Source: Pseudazoarcus pumilus (lineage in GTDB: Bacteria > Pseudomonadota > Gammaproteobacteria > Burkholderiales > Rhodocyclaceae). Taken from it: a stretch of DNA of 45,339 nucleotides. The stretch spans positions 1 through 45,339 of the forward strand of contig JAJLLM010000157.1 in the NCBI GenBank assembly GCA_033837965.1. Direction: 5' to 3'. The position numbers were made by a program, and so were the translations under genes. Each line of letters starts with the position of its first letter. The first letter of the stretch is position 1. Positions 9,684 through 19,953 of the stretch are shown here, piece after piece. The notes under the pieces are model-generated. The model saw nothing but the letters and a program-made list of their open reading frames with translations. It had not been told where the DNA came from and ran no database searches.

Positions 9684-10925
9684 ATGACGCGCTGGACTCT
9701 ACAGCCGGCCCACTTCATGCAAGAGATTCTCGCTTCCGAGCCTCACCGCATCGTCCGCTTGGGCGACGTCGAAATTGTGTTGCTCGGCACCGCCCACGTT
9801 TCCCCGGCCAGCGTGCAGGCGGTGCGAGACCTGCTCGCCGGCGAGTCCTTCGATGCAGTCGCGGTGGAGTTGTGTGCCAGCCGCCAGCGCGCCATGTTCG
9901 ACCCCGACGCCATGAGCCGGCTCGACCTCTTCAGCGTGGTGAAGAACCGTCAGGTCGCGATGGTGGCCGCCAGCCTCGCGCTGGGCGCCTACCAGTTGCG
10001 CATTGCCGAGCAATACGGCATCGAGCCCGGCGCCGAACTGCGTGCCGCCATTGATGGTGCGCTGGATCGCGGCCTGCCGCTGGCGCTGATCGACCGCGAC
10101 ATCGGCCTCACTCTGCGCCGTACCTATGCCTCGATTCCGTGGTGGCGCCGCACCGAGCTGGTCGGCGGCCTGCTCTCCAGCGTGCTCACGCGAGAGAAGA
10201 TCGACGAAGCCGAGATCGAGCGCCTGAAGCAGGGTGACATGCTCGAATCCACCTTCAGCGAATTCGCCGAACAGTCCGAATCGCTCTACCGCCCGGTCAT
10301 CCAGGAACGTGATCGCTACATGGCCGCGCACCTGCGCCGGCTGGCCGCTGAGCGCGGCAGCGGGCGGGTGCTGGCGGTGGTCGGCGCCGGGCATCTGGCC
10401 GGCATCGAGAAGCACCTCGTCGAGACCGAACCCGCACCCGAGGCCGTCATCACGGAGCTGGAACAGGCGCCACCGCGTGCGCGCTGGCCCAAGGTGCTGC
10501 CATGGGTCATCGTCGCGGTGATCCTGATCGGCTTCATCATCGGCTTCTCGCGCAATACCGCAGTCGGCATGCAGATGGTGGTCGACTGGGTCGTCATCAA
10601 CGGCGGTCTGGCGGCGCTCGGCGGCATCATCGCGCTGGGCCACCCGCTGACCATCCTCGCCGCCGCCGTCGGTGCACCGCTGACCTCGCTCAACCCCACG
10701 ATCGGCATCGGCTTCGTTACCGCCGCCTCCGAAATCTGGCTGCGCAAGCCGCAGGTCGGTGACTTCGCCACCCTGCGGCGTGACGTCATGCAATGGCGTG
10801 GCTGGTGGCAGAACCGCGTCTCACGCGTGCTGCTGGTGTTCCTGTTCACCACGCTGGGCTCCGCCATCGGCACCTATGTCGGCGGCGCCCGCATCTTCGG
10901 ACACCTCGTCGGCGACGGCGGCTGA
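9684..10925 (+). CDS. TraB/PrgY/GumN family protein
   Basis: LLGTAHVS, AVELC, PGAE, IDRDI, ERDRYMA and VVGAGH motifs; C-terminal TM region (PLTSLNP). The start may be ATG 9717. Confidence 0.9.
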   Translation: MTRWTLQPAHFMQEILASEPHRIVRLGDVEIVLLGTAHVSPASVQAVRDLLAGESFDAVAVELCASRQRAMFDPDAMSRLDLFSVVKNRQVAMVAASLALGAYQLRIAEQYGIEPGAELRAAIDGALDRGLPLALIDRDIGLTLRRTYASIPWWRRTELVGGLLSSVLTREKIDEAEIERLKQGDMLESTFSEFAEQSESLYRPVIQERDRYMAAHLRRLAAERGSGRVLAVVGAGHLAGIEKHLVETEPAPEAVITELEQAPPRARWPKVLPWVIVAVILIGFIIGFSRNTAVGMQMVVDWVVINGGLAALGGIIALGHPLTILAAAVGAPLTSLNPTIGIGFVTAASEIWLRKPQVGDFATLRRDVMQWRGWWQNRVSRVLLVFLFTTLGSAIGTYVGGARIFGHLVGDGG

Positions 10926-10927
10926 AC

Positions 10928-10954
10928 GCCCCGCCGATCAGGCATCGGCGGGGC
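10928..10954. terminator. Hairpin between convergent genes (possible bidirectional terminator)
   Basis: GCCCCGCCGAT-caggc-ATCGGCGGGGC, an 11-bp perfect stem at the traB / GGDEF-EAL junction. No U-tract. Confidence 0.5.
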
Positions 10955-13850
10955 TGCGCATTTGCATCAACTCGGTACAGGCCGCGCCGCCCATTGGGCG
11001 ATGGAAGAGCCAGCCCTGCACGCTTTCGCAGCCCAGTTCGCCGAGCACGCCCAAGTCTGCATGGGTTTCCACACCTTCGGCAATCACTTCGATGCCGAGT
11101 TGATCGGCCAGTCGGATCAGTGCTTCGACGATGAAGCGATTGTTGAGTGCATGGCTGATGCCGTTCACGAACTCACGGTCGATCTTGAGTTTGTCGATCG
11201 GGAGCGTGCTGAGGTGGGCCAGTGAGGAATAGCCGGTCCCGAAGTCGTCTAGTGCGATGCGCATGCCCAGCGCGCGCAGGCGCCCAAGGTTCTCGGCAGT
11301 GCTTTCCAGACTTTGTACCAATGCCGTTTCGGTGACCTCCAGCTCAATGGCATCGAATGTCAGCCCGTGTTCGCTCACCGATTTGCCGAGGCGCTCTGCA
11401 AAATCCGGCTGTTTTAGCTCATGTACCGAGATGTTGATGGCCATGCGGGTGTGAATGCCGGCCTGCTGCCAGGCCGCAAGTTGCTGGCAGGCTCGGGTCA
11501 TTACCCACTGGCCGAGCTCCAGGATCAGCCCCGTCTCTTCTGCCAGCGGAACGAAGCGGTCGGGGGGTACTTCGCCGTGACGTGGGCTGTTCCAGCGCAG
11601 CAGCGCTTCCACGCACAGGATGTTGCCGCTGCCGATCGCCACCTCGGGTTGGTAGTGCAGCGACAGTTCCCCATTGTCGTCGCGCACTGCGCGCTTCAGT
11701 TCCGCCGCCAGTTCGACATCCAGGACCGTATCGCCATCGTGCTCAGGTGCATACAGCCGGAAGTGGCCGCGTCCGGCGCGTTTGCTGCGATACATGGCTT
11801 GATCGGCATGACTCATCGCAGTCTCGGCGCTGTCCGCGTCGCGCGGGATCAGGCAAATGCCGATGCTGGCATTGACCGACACCGTGGTTTCGCCGATCAG
11901 CACTGGGTGGTCCAGCGCTTCCAGCAGCTTGCGCGCAATGGCGGTGGCGTCTTCAGTGTCACGCAGACCCGGTGCGACCACCACGAACTCGTCGCCGCCA
12001 AAGCGTGCCAGCGTGTCCCCCTGACGCAGACAGTGTTGCAGCTTGTCAGACACCTCTACCAGCACCTGGTCGCCAGCGTTGTGCCCCAGTGTGTCGTTGA
12101 TCAGCTTGAAGTTGTCCAGGTCGAGAAACAGCAGCGCTGCCAGACCGCGTCCGCGCCGGGCCTGATCGATCGCCTGTTCGATGCGCTCGGTGAGGACCAG
12201 CCGGTTGGGCAGCCCGGTCAGGCTGTCGTGAGTGGCGTTGTGGGCAAGCTGCTGTTCCCAGCCCACGCGTTCGGACAGGTCGCGCGCAACCAGTGAATAG
12301 CGTTCCAGTACGTCATGGGCGTCGCGATGCGCCACGATGACGATGGACACCGGGATGCGCCCGCGCGATGCACACCGCAGATGTGATTCACCCGAGAACA
12401 CACCGTTACGCATGGCACTGCCGAACAGCGCTTCGGGTGGCAGCGACAGTGCGGCATGTTCGGCGAACAGGGTGTCCAGATGAACGGCCTGTTCACCGAT
12501 GGCGAAGGCCTCACGGGCTGCCGGGTTGGCGTAAGTCAGCTTCAGTTCGTGGGTGCACTGGAATACCCAGTCGGGAGACTCCTCAAGCACGCTGAGCAGG
12601 TGGGCGCGCTCTTCTTCCAGTTTGCGACGAGCCTCAATGTTGCGCACGAAGGCTACAGCGCACCGGTGACCTTCGATGGTGACGTTGCCCAGGCTGATCT
12701 CTACCGGCAGCAGGCTGCCGTCGCGGCAGGCGCCGGAGACCGCACCCATGGCGCCCATGGGGCGGGCATAGGGCGCCTGTGCAAAGTTGCTGCGTTCGCT
12801 AGCATGGCGCTGACGCTGGGCGGCCGGCAGCAGGATTTCTACGGGTTGCCCCAGCAGATCGGCTTCGCTGTATCCGAAATCATTCAGCAACTGTTTGTTG
12901 GCGCTGACGATTCGGCCGTGCTCGTCGACCACCAGCACGCCATCCGGTGCTTCGGTGATCAGAGTGTCGAGGAAACGCTGCTTTTCGTCCAGTTCGCTCC
13001 GCATCTGTTGCAGGTGCATCCACGGCATACGCAGATTGCGCAGGTGTGCGAGCCGATACAGCGCGACGCAGGCTACCACCTTGAAGCCAAGCCCCAGCAG
13101 GTGACCCAGGTCGGCAGCAGCATCGCGTAATAGCCAGTGCAGTTCCGCCACCATCATGCCGGCCACCGCGACCAGCAGCAGTCCGCCGTGCCAGCCGCGG
13201 TGACGTTCCCGCAGGATCATCAGGAACAGCGTTGCGAGCAGCGCCAGCATCACTAGCGTCTCGATCAGCATGCCGGTAGTCGTGCGGAGGCCCAGGCTGT
13301 CGACCAGCGGTGGCAGCGTGGCATGACCGCTGAGGATGGTGGCTGCGACCAACAACGTGAGGGCCAGCGTGATCGCCAGCCAACCTCCACGATGCTCGCG
13401 CTCGAAGCGTCGTTCTGGCATCAGAACGCGTGCCAGCAGCACGCCGGCCGCCAGCAATCGGGCAGCAATGCACAGCGTGAGCGCCTTCTGGTGCGTATTG
13501 CTCGTGACGAAATCGGGCATGGTCGGCAGGCTCAGCGCCTGCACGAAGTCGAGCACGCCGACACCGAGAAAGCCGAAAGCAAGCACCATCTCGCGGGAGG
13601 ATGCGTGCCCCTGATGATTCCAGCCCGACAGAAAAATCAGCAGCGCCAACGAGACGTTGGCGTAACGAAAAGCCGTCGACAATGGGTGCGCCCATGCGTC
13701 GGCAGGCGGTCCGGGTTGCGCGAACAGCATCAGCAAGCCGCCCAGCGTCCCGGCGGCGATCAGCCACCAGCCCAACGTCAGCCAGCCGGCTTCTTCCGGG
13801 GGAGCGCTGATGTCCGTGCGTGCATCCAGTAGTGCGCCTGGTGGTGCCAT
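10938..13850 (-). CDS. Membrane sensor (MASE3-like)-PAS-PAS-GGDEF-EAL c-di-GMP enzyme
   Basis: Multi-TM N-terminus (GVLDFVQALSLPTMPDFVTSN), two PAS domains, HDSLTGLPNR, DLDNFK, ARFGGDEF, EALLRW, ELEVTE, DDFGTGYSSL, AEGVE, QGW. Both catalytic motif sets look intact. Confidence 0.92.
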   Translation of the reverse strand: MAPPGALLDARTDISAPPEEAGWLTLGWWLIAAGTLGGLLMLFAQPGPPADAWAHPLSTAFRYANVSLALLIFLSGWNHQGHASSREMVLAFGFLGVGVLDFVQALSLPTMPDFVTSNTHQKALTLCIAARLLAAGVLLARVLMPERRFEREHRGGWLAITLALTLLVAATILSGHATLPPLVDSLGLRTTTGMLIETLVMLALLATLFLMILRERHRGWHGGLLLVAVAGMMVAELHWLLRDAAADLGHLLGLGFKVVACVALYRLAHLRNLRMPWMHLQQMRSELDEKQRFLDTLITEAPDGVLVVDEHGRIVSANKQLLNDFGYSEADLLGQPVEILLPAAQRQRHASERSNFAQAPYARPMGAMGAVSGACRDGSLLPVEISLGNVTIEGHRCAVAFVRNIEARRKLEEERAHLLSVLEESPDWVFQCTHELKLTYANPAAREAFAIGEQAVHLDTLFAEHAALSLPPEALFGSAMRNGVFSGESHLRCASRGRIPVSIVIVAHRDAHDVLERYSLVARDLSERVGWEQQLAHNATHDSLTGLPNRLVLTERIEQAIDQARRGRGLAALLFLDLDNFKLINDTLGHNAGDQVLVEVSDKLQHCLRQGDTLARFGGDEFVVVAPGLRDTEDATAIARKLLEALDHPVLIGETTVSVNASIGICLIPRDADSAETAMSHADQAMYRSKRAGRGHFRLYAPEHDGDTVLDVELAAELKRAVRDDNGELSLHYQPEVAIGSGNILCVEALLRWNSPRHGEVPPDRFVPLAEETGLILELGQWVMTRACQQLAAWQQAGIHTRMAINISVHELKQPDFAERLGKSVSEHGLTFDAIELEVTETALVQSLESTAENLGRLRALGMRIALDDFGTGYSSLAHLSTLPIDKLKIDREFVNGISHALNNRFIVEALIRLADQLGIEVIAEGVETHADLGVLGELGCESVQGWLFHRPMGGAACTELMQMRSPADA

Positions 13851-13867
13851 GTCGCGCTTCGCCCTGT

Positions 13868-16078
13868 TCAGCTCGCTGCAGCGGCCAGCTTTTGGGGTGC
13901 GCTTTCCGCACGCGGTGTTCGCGGGCGGGGCTGCGATGCTGCGGCGGCCGCGGATGGAGCCGCCTGCGCAGCGTCTTCTGCAACGTGAAAGCGTGCTGTG
14001 AGCGTTTCGAGTATGCGCGCCAGTTCATTCAGCGTGCTTGCCGAACGCGCGCTCGCCGCTGCGCTGGCGGAAACCTGTTCGGTGCCGAGCGATACCGACG
14101 ATACACGTGCGCTGATCTCGTGCGTGGCTGCCACCTGTTCGCGCAGGGCGGCGGTGATTTCCTCCACAGCCAGGCGGATCTGCGTCATGCCGTGCTGGAT
14201 GTCGGCCACTGAACTGGCGGCCTGCTGCGCTACCGTCACGCCGTCGCCGACCTGACTCAGGCTGGTTTCCATGTGCGTCACGGCGAGCCGCGTGCCGTGC
14301 TGGATGCGCTCGATCATCTGGGTAATGTCGGTCGTCGAACTGGCGGTTCGCTCGGCCAGCTTGCGCACCTCATCGGCGACCACCGCGAAGCCGCGGCCCT
14401 GTTCGCCGGCACGTGCGGCCTCGATGGCCGCATTGAGGGCGAGCAGGTTGGTCTGGTCGGCGATGTCATGGATGACCTTGACGATGGCGCCGATCTGCTG
14501 TGACTGTGCTTCGAGCGAACGGATGCCCTCGGCGGTCTCCGCCACCGTATGTGCGATCAGTTGCATGTCGGTGGCAGTCTGTTGAATTACGCCCGCACTC
14601 AGGTTGGCGCGTTGAGCGGCGTCCTCGGTGATTTGCCGGGAGTCTTCGGCGTGCCCCTCGACCGCGTCGATGGACACTGACAGCTGTTCCACGGCTGCGG
14701 CCATGCTGGCCGCAGCTTCGGCCTGCTGCTGCGATACCTGCGAGGCTTCGGCAGCGATGCCGGTGAGCTGGCGCGCTTCGAGGTTCAGTGCGCCGACCTC
14801 GGTATGCACTTCGCTGACCAGTTCGTGCAGGTTGGTACGCATCACCGACAGTTCGGCCAGCAGTTCGCCGATTTCGTCACGACCGGAGGCGGGCACCGGT
14901 CGGGCCAGCTCGCCGCGCGCGATGGAGCGGGCGGCCTCGACCGCTACCCGCAGGCCGCGGCGGATGCGACGCAGGGTGAACAGGGCGGTCAGTGTGCCGG
15001 CAACCGCGCCGGTCACGATCAGCGTAATGAACACCCACAGCGTGCTTTGGTAGCGCTGCTCGGCCGCCTGTTGCTCTGCCGCTGTGGCCTGCGCCTGGTG
15101 GTCGGTGAGCGCCCGTAGCGCGAGGATGGTCTGTTCGCCTTCGATGTTGCTGGCCTCGATGAAGGCATCCAGAGTCCAGTCGTCGGAGCGACCTTCGCGG
15201 ATTGCGCCGACGGCCTCGCCCAGCCTGGCCAGCCAGGCATCGCGGGCCGTCTCGAAGTGGCGGGCCAACCCCCGCTCGGCGTCGTCCAGGCGGGTCTGCA
15301 GGTAGCCCGACCACAGGCGGTCGATTTCGTCGCGGTTGCGGGCAATGCTGTCGAGGTGTACCTCAGGCGGCGTGGCGCCGAGATCGTTGCGTTTCAGTGC
15401 CAGATGCGCGAGCACCACGATGCGACGGTTCTCGTTGAGCCGGTAGCCAATTTCGTCGAGCTGCTGGATCGGGACCAGGCGATCATGCAGCACTGTATGC
15501 AGACTGTTGCGCGCGGCCTGCAGGCCATGCAGGCCAAGGCCGACGGCAACATAGAAGATCAGGGTGGCGAGGCCCGCCCAGATCCACAGGCGTTGGCTCA
15601 GGCTGAGCCGGGCAATGCCGCGCGCCAGCCGCTGCAGCGGTGTGGCCCGCCAGGGCTGGCCTTCGTCCAGCCTCAATCGGTTGTCCCTGCGCATGTCGGC
15701 GTAGAGCTGCTTCGCTGCGTCAATCTCCGTGTCGCTCGGGCGCACACGTACCGACAGATAGCCTCCATCCGGTGTTGGCGCAACGTTGGCTGTGACCCAG
15801 TAATGATCGCCGTTCTTGCAGCGGTTCTTGACCACCGCGCGCCAGGGGCGGCCTGCCTTGAGGGTTGCCCACAGGTCGCGAAAGGCTTCCGGCGGCATGT
15901 CCGGGTGGCGCACGAGGTTGTGAGGCTGACCGATCAGCTCTTCGCGCGAAAAGCCCGAAATCGCAACGAAGGCATCGTTGGCACTGATGATCAGGCCCTT
16001 TGCGTCGGTGCGTGATACCAGCGTGGCCCCTTCAGGGACTTCGTGCCCATGCTCTGAAACCGGTTGATTGTTGCGCAT
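13868..16078 (-). CDS. MCP with N-terminal Aer-type PAS plus periplasmic four-helix domain
   Basis: [26 protein letters not shown] (Aer-like PAS), two TMs flanking a helical domain, HAMP, MA motif. Confidence 0.9.
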   Translation of the reverse strand: MRNNQPVSEHGHEVPEGATLVSRTDAKGLIISANDAFVAISGFSREELIGQPHNLVRHPDMPPEAFRDLWATLKAGRPWRAVVKNRCKNGDHYWVTANVAPTPDGGYLSVRVRPSDTEIDAAKQLYADMRRDNRLRLDEGQPWRATPLQRLARGIARLSLSQRLWIWAGLATLIFYVAVGLGLHGLQAARNSLHTVLHDRLVPIQQLDEIGYRLNENRRIVVLAHLALKRNDLGATPPEVHLDSIARNRDEIDRLWSGYLQTRLDDAERGLARHFETARDAWLARLGEAVGAIREGRSDDWTLDAFIEASNIEGEQTILALRALTDHQAQATAAEQQAAEQRYQSTLWVFITLIVTGAVAGTLTALFTLRRIRRGLRVAVEAARSIARGELARPVPASGRDEIGELLAELSVMRTNLHELVSEVHTEVGALNLEARQLTGIAAEASQVSQQQAEAAASMAAAVEQLSVSIDAVEGHAEDSRQITEDAAQRANLSAGVIQQTATDMQLIAHTVAETAEGIRSLEAQSQQIGAIVKVIHDIADQTNLLALNAAIEAARAGEQGRGFAVVADEVRKLAERTASSTTDITQMIERIQHGTRLAVTHMETSLSQVGDGVTVAQQAASSVADIQHGMTQIRLAVEEITAALREQVAATHEISARVSSVSLGTEQVSASAAASARSASTLNELARILETLTARFHVAEDAAQAAPSAAAAASQPRPRTPRAESAPQKLAAAAS

Positions 16079-16148
16079 TCAGATTCCCCCGAACTTTTGC
16101 GCCCTATGCGGTGCCGCCTAGCATGGCCCCAGCGCTGTCGCGGTGTTT

Positions 16149-16186
16149 ATCAGGGGAATCTGATTTGGCTGTAGGAGGATTCCTGT
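16149..16186. promoter_or_regulatory. Tandem GacA/NarL-type dyad boxes upstream of the PAS-MCP operon
   Basis: ATCAG-N6-CTGAT (16149-16164) and GTAGG-N6-CCTGT (16171-16186), starts 22 bp apart. Resembles the GacA box TGTAAG-N6-CTTACA. Confidence 0.5.
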
Positions 16187-16195
16187 GCCCGGCGC

Positions 16196-16822
16196 TCAGC
16201 GCACCAGACCGTGAGCAAGTGCATAGCGCACCAGGTCGGCCGACGAGGACAGGGCGAGCTTGACCATCAGCCGCGTCTTGTGGGTACTGACGGTCTTTAC
16301 CGAGAGGCTTAACTCCTGCGCAATCGCGGTTACCGTCATGCCGTTGGCAAGCATAGTCAACACCTGCAGCTCACGGTTGGACAGCGCGGCATGTGGAGGC
16401 TCGCTGCCCTGCGCATCGAACAGCAGGCGGCCTGACATGCCGGGATCGATGTAGCGCTGACCGCGTGCGATGCGCCGCACGGCGGCGATCAATTCGCCAG
16501 GCTCGCTGTCCTTGGTCAGATAGCCGTTGGCGCCGACGCGCAGCACGCGGGTGGCCAGCTGATTGTCCGCGTGCATGGTGAAGGCCAGAATGGGCAGTCG
16601 CGGCAAGGCTTCGCGCAGGCGCTTGATCAGTTCGACGCCATGCGGGCCGGGCATCCCCAGATCGGTGATCAGCAGATCGGCCGGCGTGCTGCGCGCCAAC
16701 GCCAAGGCCTCCCATCCGTCGGCAGCTTCGCCGGCTATCTCCAGATCGTCCGCCAGGGCTAGCACGCGGCGCACGCCTTCACGCACCACACTGTGATCGT
16801 CGGCCAGCAGCACGCGGATCAT
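16196..16822 (-). CDS. NarL/FixJ (UvrY/GacA-like) response regulator
   Basis: REC domain (LADDH, TDLGMP, TMH, YLTK) plus LuxR HTH (LSNRE..LSVKTVSTHK). Confidence 0.95.
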   Translation of the reverse strand: MIRVLLADDHSVVREGVRRVLALADDLEIAGEAADGWEALALARSTPADLLITDLGMPGPHGVELIKRLREALPRLPILAFTMHADNQLATRVLRVGANGYLTKDSEPGELIAAVRRIARGQRYIDPGMSGRLLFDAQGSEPPHAALSNRELQVLTMLANGMTVTAIAQELSLSVKTVSTHKTRLMVKLALSSSADLVRYALAHGLVR

Positions 16823-18132
16823 GTCTGGATCTCCGGTCGATCTACCGCTGCTTCCAGCAGCGGGCAGCCCGCGCAGGTCTCCGGAAACGCGTCGCGATGC
16901 ATCGGGGCATTTTCCAACGGAACGTCCAGTTGCACCGTAGTGCCATGCCCGGGAGCACTGTCGATGCGCAGGCTCCCGCCGAACGCGATGGCCCGCTCAT
17001 GCATGCCGAGCAGGCCGAAGCTTTTGGGGTCACGCACCGTGTCTTGGCGGAAGCCGCGGCCATCGTCATGTACGGTCAGTTGAAGACGGCCTTCCGTGTG
17101 ACCCAGCCTGACTGCCACGGAGCGCGCTTCGGCGTGGCGGGCGATGTTGGTCAGGGCTTCCTGCAGGATGCGGAAGACCAGTGTTGCGCGTGCGTCATCG
17201 GTCGCGGGCAACACCGCGTCGCTGATTTCTAGGGAGCAGGTGAGATGCGTGCGTTCGCGAAAGTCGACGACCAGCCACTCGATGCCCGACTCCAGACCCA
17301 AGTCCAGTGCGGTGGGGCGCAGGGTGCACGCGACCCGGCGTACGCTGCCTATGGCGTCGTCGATGAGAGCCTTCATGCTGGCCAGCCGCTGTGCGGCACG
17401 GGGCTGTACCTCGGCAAGGCCCAGTTCCAGCATGGCAGCATCCATGCGCAAGGTCGTTAGGTACTGCCCCAACTCATCGTGGATTTCGCGTGCGATGTGG
17501 GCGCGTTCTTCTTCCACCCGTCGCTCGTGGTATGCGCCGAGGGCCCGCAACCGCTGGCGGGAGTGACACAGCGCCTCCTCCGCCTCCCGTCGCGCGGTCA
17601 CGTCCTGCACCGTACCGATCATGCCAACTTCACCCGGCGGCTCTGCCCGGGCGTGCACCCAGCGCACCTCGCCCTTTACCAGGATGCGGTGCTGAAGGTC
17701 GACGGCCCGGCCGGCGAGTACGCTTCGCAGTGCAGCACTGACACGGGCGCGGTCTTCGGGGTGGGTGCATGCCAACAGTTGTGCGAACGAGATCGGGCGG
17801 CCCTCCGGCAGACCGAGGATGTGACAGCTCTCAGTGCTGCACGCCAGCTGTCCGTCCTGCAATTTCCAGCTTCCGACATGGGCGACCGCCTGGGCACGTT
17901 CAAATGTCCGTTGCACATGCCGCAGTTCTTGAGTGCGCTGGTGGCTGCGAAGACTCAGCAACAGACCCAGTAAGAGCAGTGTTCCACTGGCCAGGATGAG
18001 CATCGGAGATGCGTAGGGTTCGTCGGTGAGGGTGAAATGCCCCAGCACCAGGGCGAGGCTGGTGAGGGCAAAAACCATGCAGCCGAAATCGAGCAGGCGG
18101 CAGATAGGGCGCGGTGCGATGAGCGTGGGCAT
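16819..18132 (-). CDS. PAS-containing sensor histidine kinase (HisKA_3 / NarX-UhpB type)
   Basis: ERAHIAREIHDELGQ, QEALTNIARHA, DDGRGF, GLLGMHERA; two N-terminal TMs; ATGA overlap with the response regulator. Confidence 0.93.
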   Translation of the reverse strand: MPTLIAPRPICRLLDFGCMVFALTSLALVLGHFTLTDEPYASPMLILASGTLLLLGLLLSLRSHQRTQELRHVQRTFERAQAVAHVGSWKLQDGQLACSTESCHILGLPEGRPISFAQLLACTHPEDRARVSAALRSVLAGRAVDLQHRILVKGEVRWVHARAEPPGEVGMIGTVQDVTARREAEEALCHSRQRLRALGAYHERRVEEERAHIAREIHDELGQYLTTLRMDAAMLELGLAEVQPRAAQRLASMKALIDDAIGSVRRVACTLRPTALDLGLESGIEWLVVDFRERTHLTCSLEISDAVLPATDDARATLVFRILQEALTNIARHAEARSVAVRLGHTEGRLQLTVHDDGRGFRQDTVRDPKSFGLLGMHERAIAFGGSLRIDSAPGHGTTVQLDVPLENAPMHRDAFPETCAGCPLLEAAVDRPEIQT

Positions 18133-18250
18133 GCGGATGGTGAGTTACAAGTCCGAGACATCATACCCACGTGACTGTCATGGAAATTTGATCCAGCGCA
18201 ATGCCCTAGCGCCGTTGCGCCCACCCGTACCCCGGCAATAGAGGGAGGAA

Positions 18251-19906
18251 CTAGACCCTCACGCGCGCCAGGGTGTGATTCATGTCGCCGGCAACGTCGG
18301 CCAGCCGGCCCGCGGCGGAGGAGATTTCGAGCGCGGAGTTGGCGCTGTCTTCCGAGCGTTGGGCGATCTGCTCGACGTTGGTGGCGATTTCGTTGGCGGC
18401 GATGGATTGCTCCTGCGTTGCCAGTTCAATGCCGTCAATGAGTTCCAGTGTGCGCTGCGCCGAGGCCTTGATGTCGGATAGTGCCTGGGCTGTGGCCATG
18501 ACTTCCTGCACGCTGACTTCGACCTGCTCCTGACCGCGGTCGACGGCCTCCACGGCCGTGCGCGTTTCCGTGACCAGCGCGTCGATGATGGCGGTGATCT
18601 CGGTAGTCGACTGACTGGTACGCTCGGCCAGCTTGCGCACTTCATCCGCTACCACGGCGAAGCCGCGGCCGGATTCGCCGGCGCGTGCGGCTTCGATGGC
18701 AGCGTTCAGCGCAAGCAGGTTGGTCTGCGCGGCGATGTCGGAGATGACTGCCACGATCTTGCCGATCTCGGCCGAGGAGTGTGACAGCTGCTCCATGGTC
18801 TTGGTCGTGTCCTGCACGTTGTTCGCCAGTTCGCGGATCTGCGCTGCTGCGCGCTCGGCGGTGGCGATGCCTGCCTGTGCGTCGTCGGCGCTCTTGTGGG
18901 CCGAGGCAGCGGTTTCCTTGACGTTGTTGGCCACTTCGTTGATGGCCACTGTGACCTGCTGGACGGCGGCGGCGGTGGACGAGGCGGCCTCGCTGGCGAG
19001 ATTGGCGCTCTTGGACATGTCGTCGATGGCGTGGGATACCGCCTCGGACTGACTCTGCGTGCTCGTTGCGGCGTCTTGAACGTTGATCATGATGGCCTGC
19101 AGGTTGGCCATCATGGCGTTGTAGGCGTCCGCCATCTGACCGATCTCGTCCCGCCGCGGGCAGATCGCCACGCGGCGCAGGTCGCCGTCATGCTGGGTCT
19201 GCTCCATGCATTTCTGCACCTTGTGCAGGTCGTCGAGCATCTTCGGTACGGTGCGGAAGGCCACCCAGGCGAGCACGCCGATGGCCAGCGAGACCGTGCC
19301 GCCAAGCACCCAGGCGGCCATCGGATTGGAGCCGCCAGAGCCCGCGACGGCAAAGCGCCAGCCCTCAATGAACAGTCCCGTCGTGAGAAGTGCATCAAGT
19401 CCCAGCATCAGCCGCAGGCGGGTGGCGAGGCCCATGCCGCCGAGGCGGCCGAACAGGCCCTTGCGCACCACCCGGCCATCCTTCACGGTCAGCGATTTTC
19501 CCGTGCGGACCTTGCGGTAAGCCTCTTCGAGCTTCGGTTTGAGCGCGGGGGGGACGGTACGTCGCACCGATTCGTAGCCGATTACCGAGCCGTTCTCGCG
19601 CACCGGCGAGGCAAAGGCCTGGACCCAGTAGAAGCCCCCATCCTTGCGGCGGTTCTTGACGAAGCCGCTCCAGGGGTCGCCGGCCTTGAGGTGGCCCCAC
19701 AGGTCGGCAAAGGCGTCGGGCGGCATGTCGGGGTGGCGCACCAGGTTGTGCGGCTGGCCGACGAGTTCGTCGCGGCTGAAGCCGGACAATTCCACGAACA
19801 GATCGTTGGCCTGTTCGATTTTGCCTTTCGTGTCCGTGCGGCTGTAGATGAAGCGCCCGTCGGGTACTTCCGTCTCGACGTTGGTACAGGGCTGATTGAT
19901 CCGCAT
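18251..19906 (-). CDS. Aer-like PAS-domain chemoreceptor (aerotaxis/energy taxis)
   Basis: [30 protein letters not shown], closely spaced TMs, HAMP, MA motif. The start is placed at 19906 because ATG 19954 lies in the sigma28 -10 box. Confidence 0.9.
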   Translation of the reverse strand: MRINQPCTNVETEVPDGRFIYSRTDTKGKIEQANDLFVELSGFSRDELVGQPHNLVRHPDMPPDAFADLWGHLKAGDPWSGFVKNRRKDGGFYWVQAFASPVRENGSVIGYESVRRTVPPALKPKLEEAYRKVRTGKSLTVKDGRVVRKGLFGRLGGMGLATRLRLMLGLDALLTTGLFIEGWRFAVAGSGGSNPMAAWVLGGTVSLAIGVLAWVAFRTVPKMLDDLHKVQKCMEQTQHDGDLRRVAICPRRDEIGQMADAYNAMMANLQAIMINVQDAATSTQSQSEAVSHAIDDMSKSANLASEAASSTAAAVQQVTVAINEVANNVKETAASAHKSADDAQAGIATAERAAAQIRELANNVQDTTKTMEQLSHSSAEIGKIVAVISDIAAQTNLLALNAAIEAARAGESGRGFAVVADEVRKLAERTSQSTTEITAIIDALVTETRTAVEAVDRGQEQVEVSVQEVMATAQALSDIKASAQRTLELIDGIELATQEQSIAANEIATNVEQIAQRSEDSANSALEISSAAGRLADVAGDMNHTLARVRV

Positions 19907-19953
19907 GGTGGGCTCCAAGTTCGAGGGCAAAATTTTTTGCCCTTCTGGTCGCA

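Noticed and set aside
3100-18740. Near-identical nucleotide stretches recurring at about 3110-3210, 9105-9215, 14350-14465 and 18625-18740
   Set aside because: These are the conserved signalling tips of four MCP paralogues, not a DGR template/variable pair or a mobile repeat; no reverse transcriptase is present.
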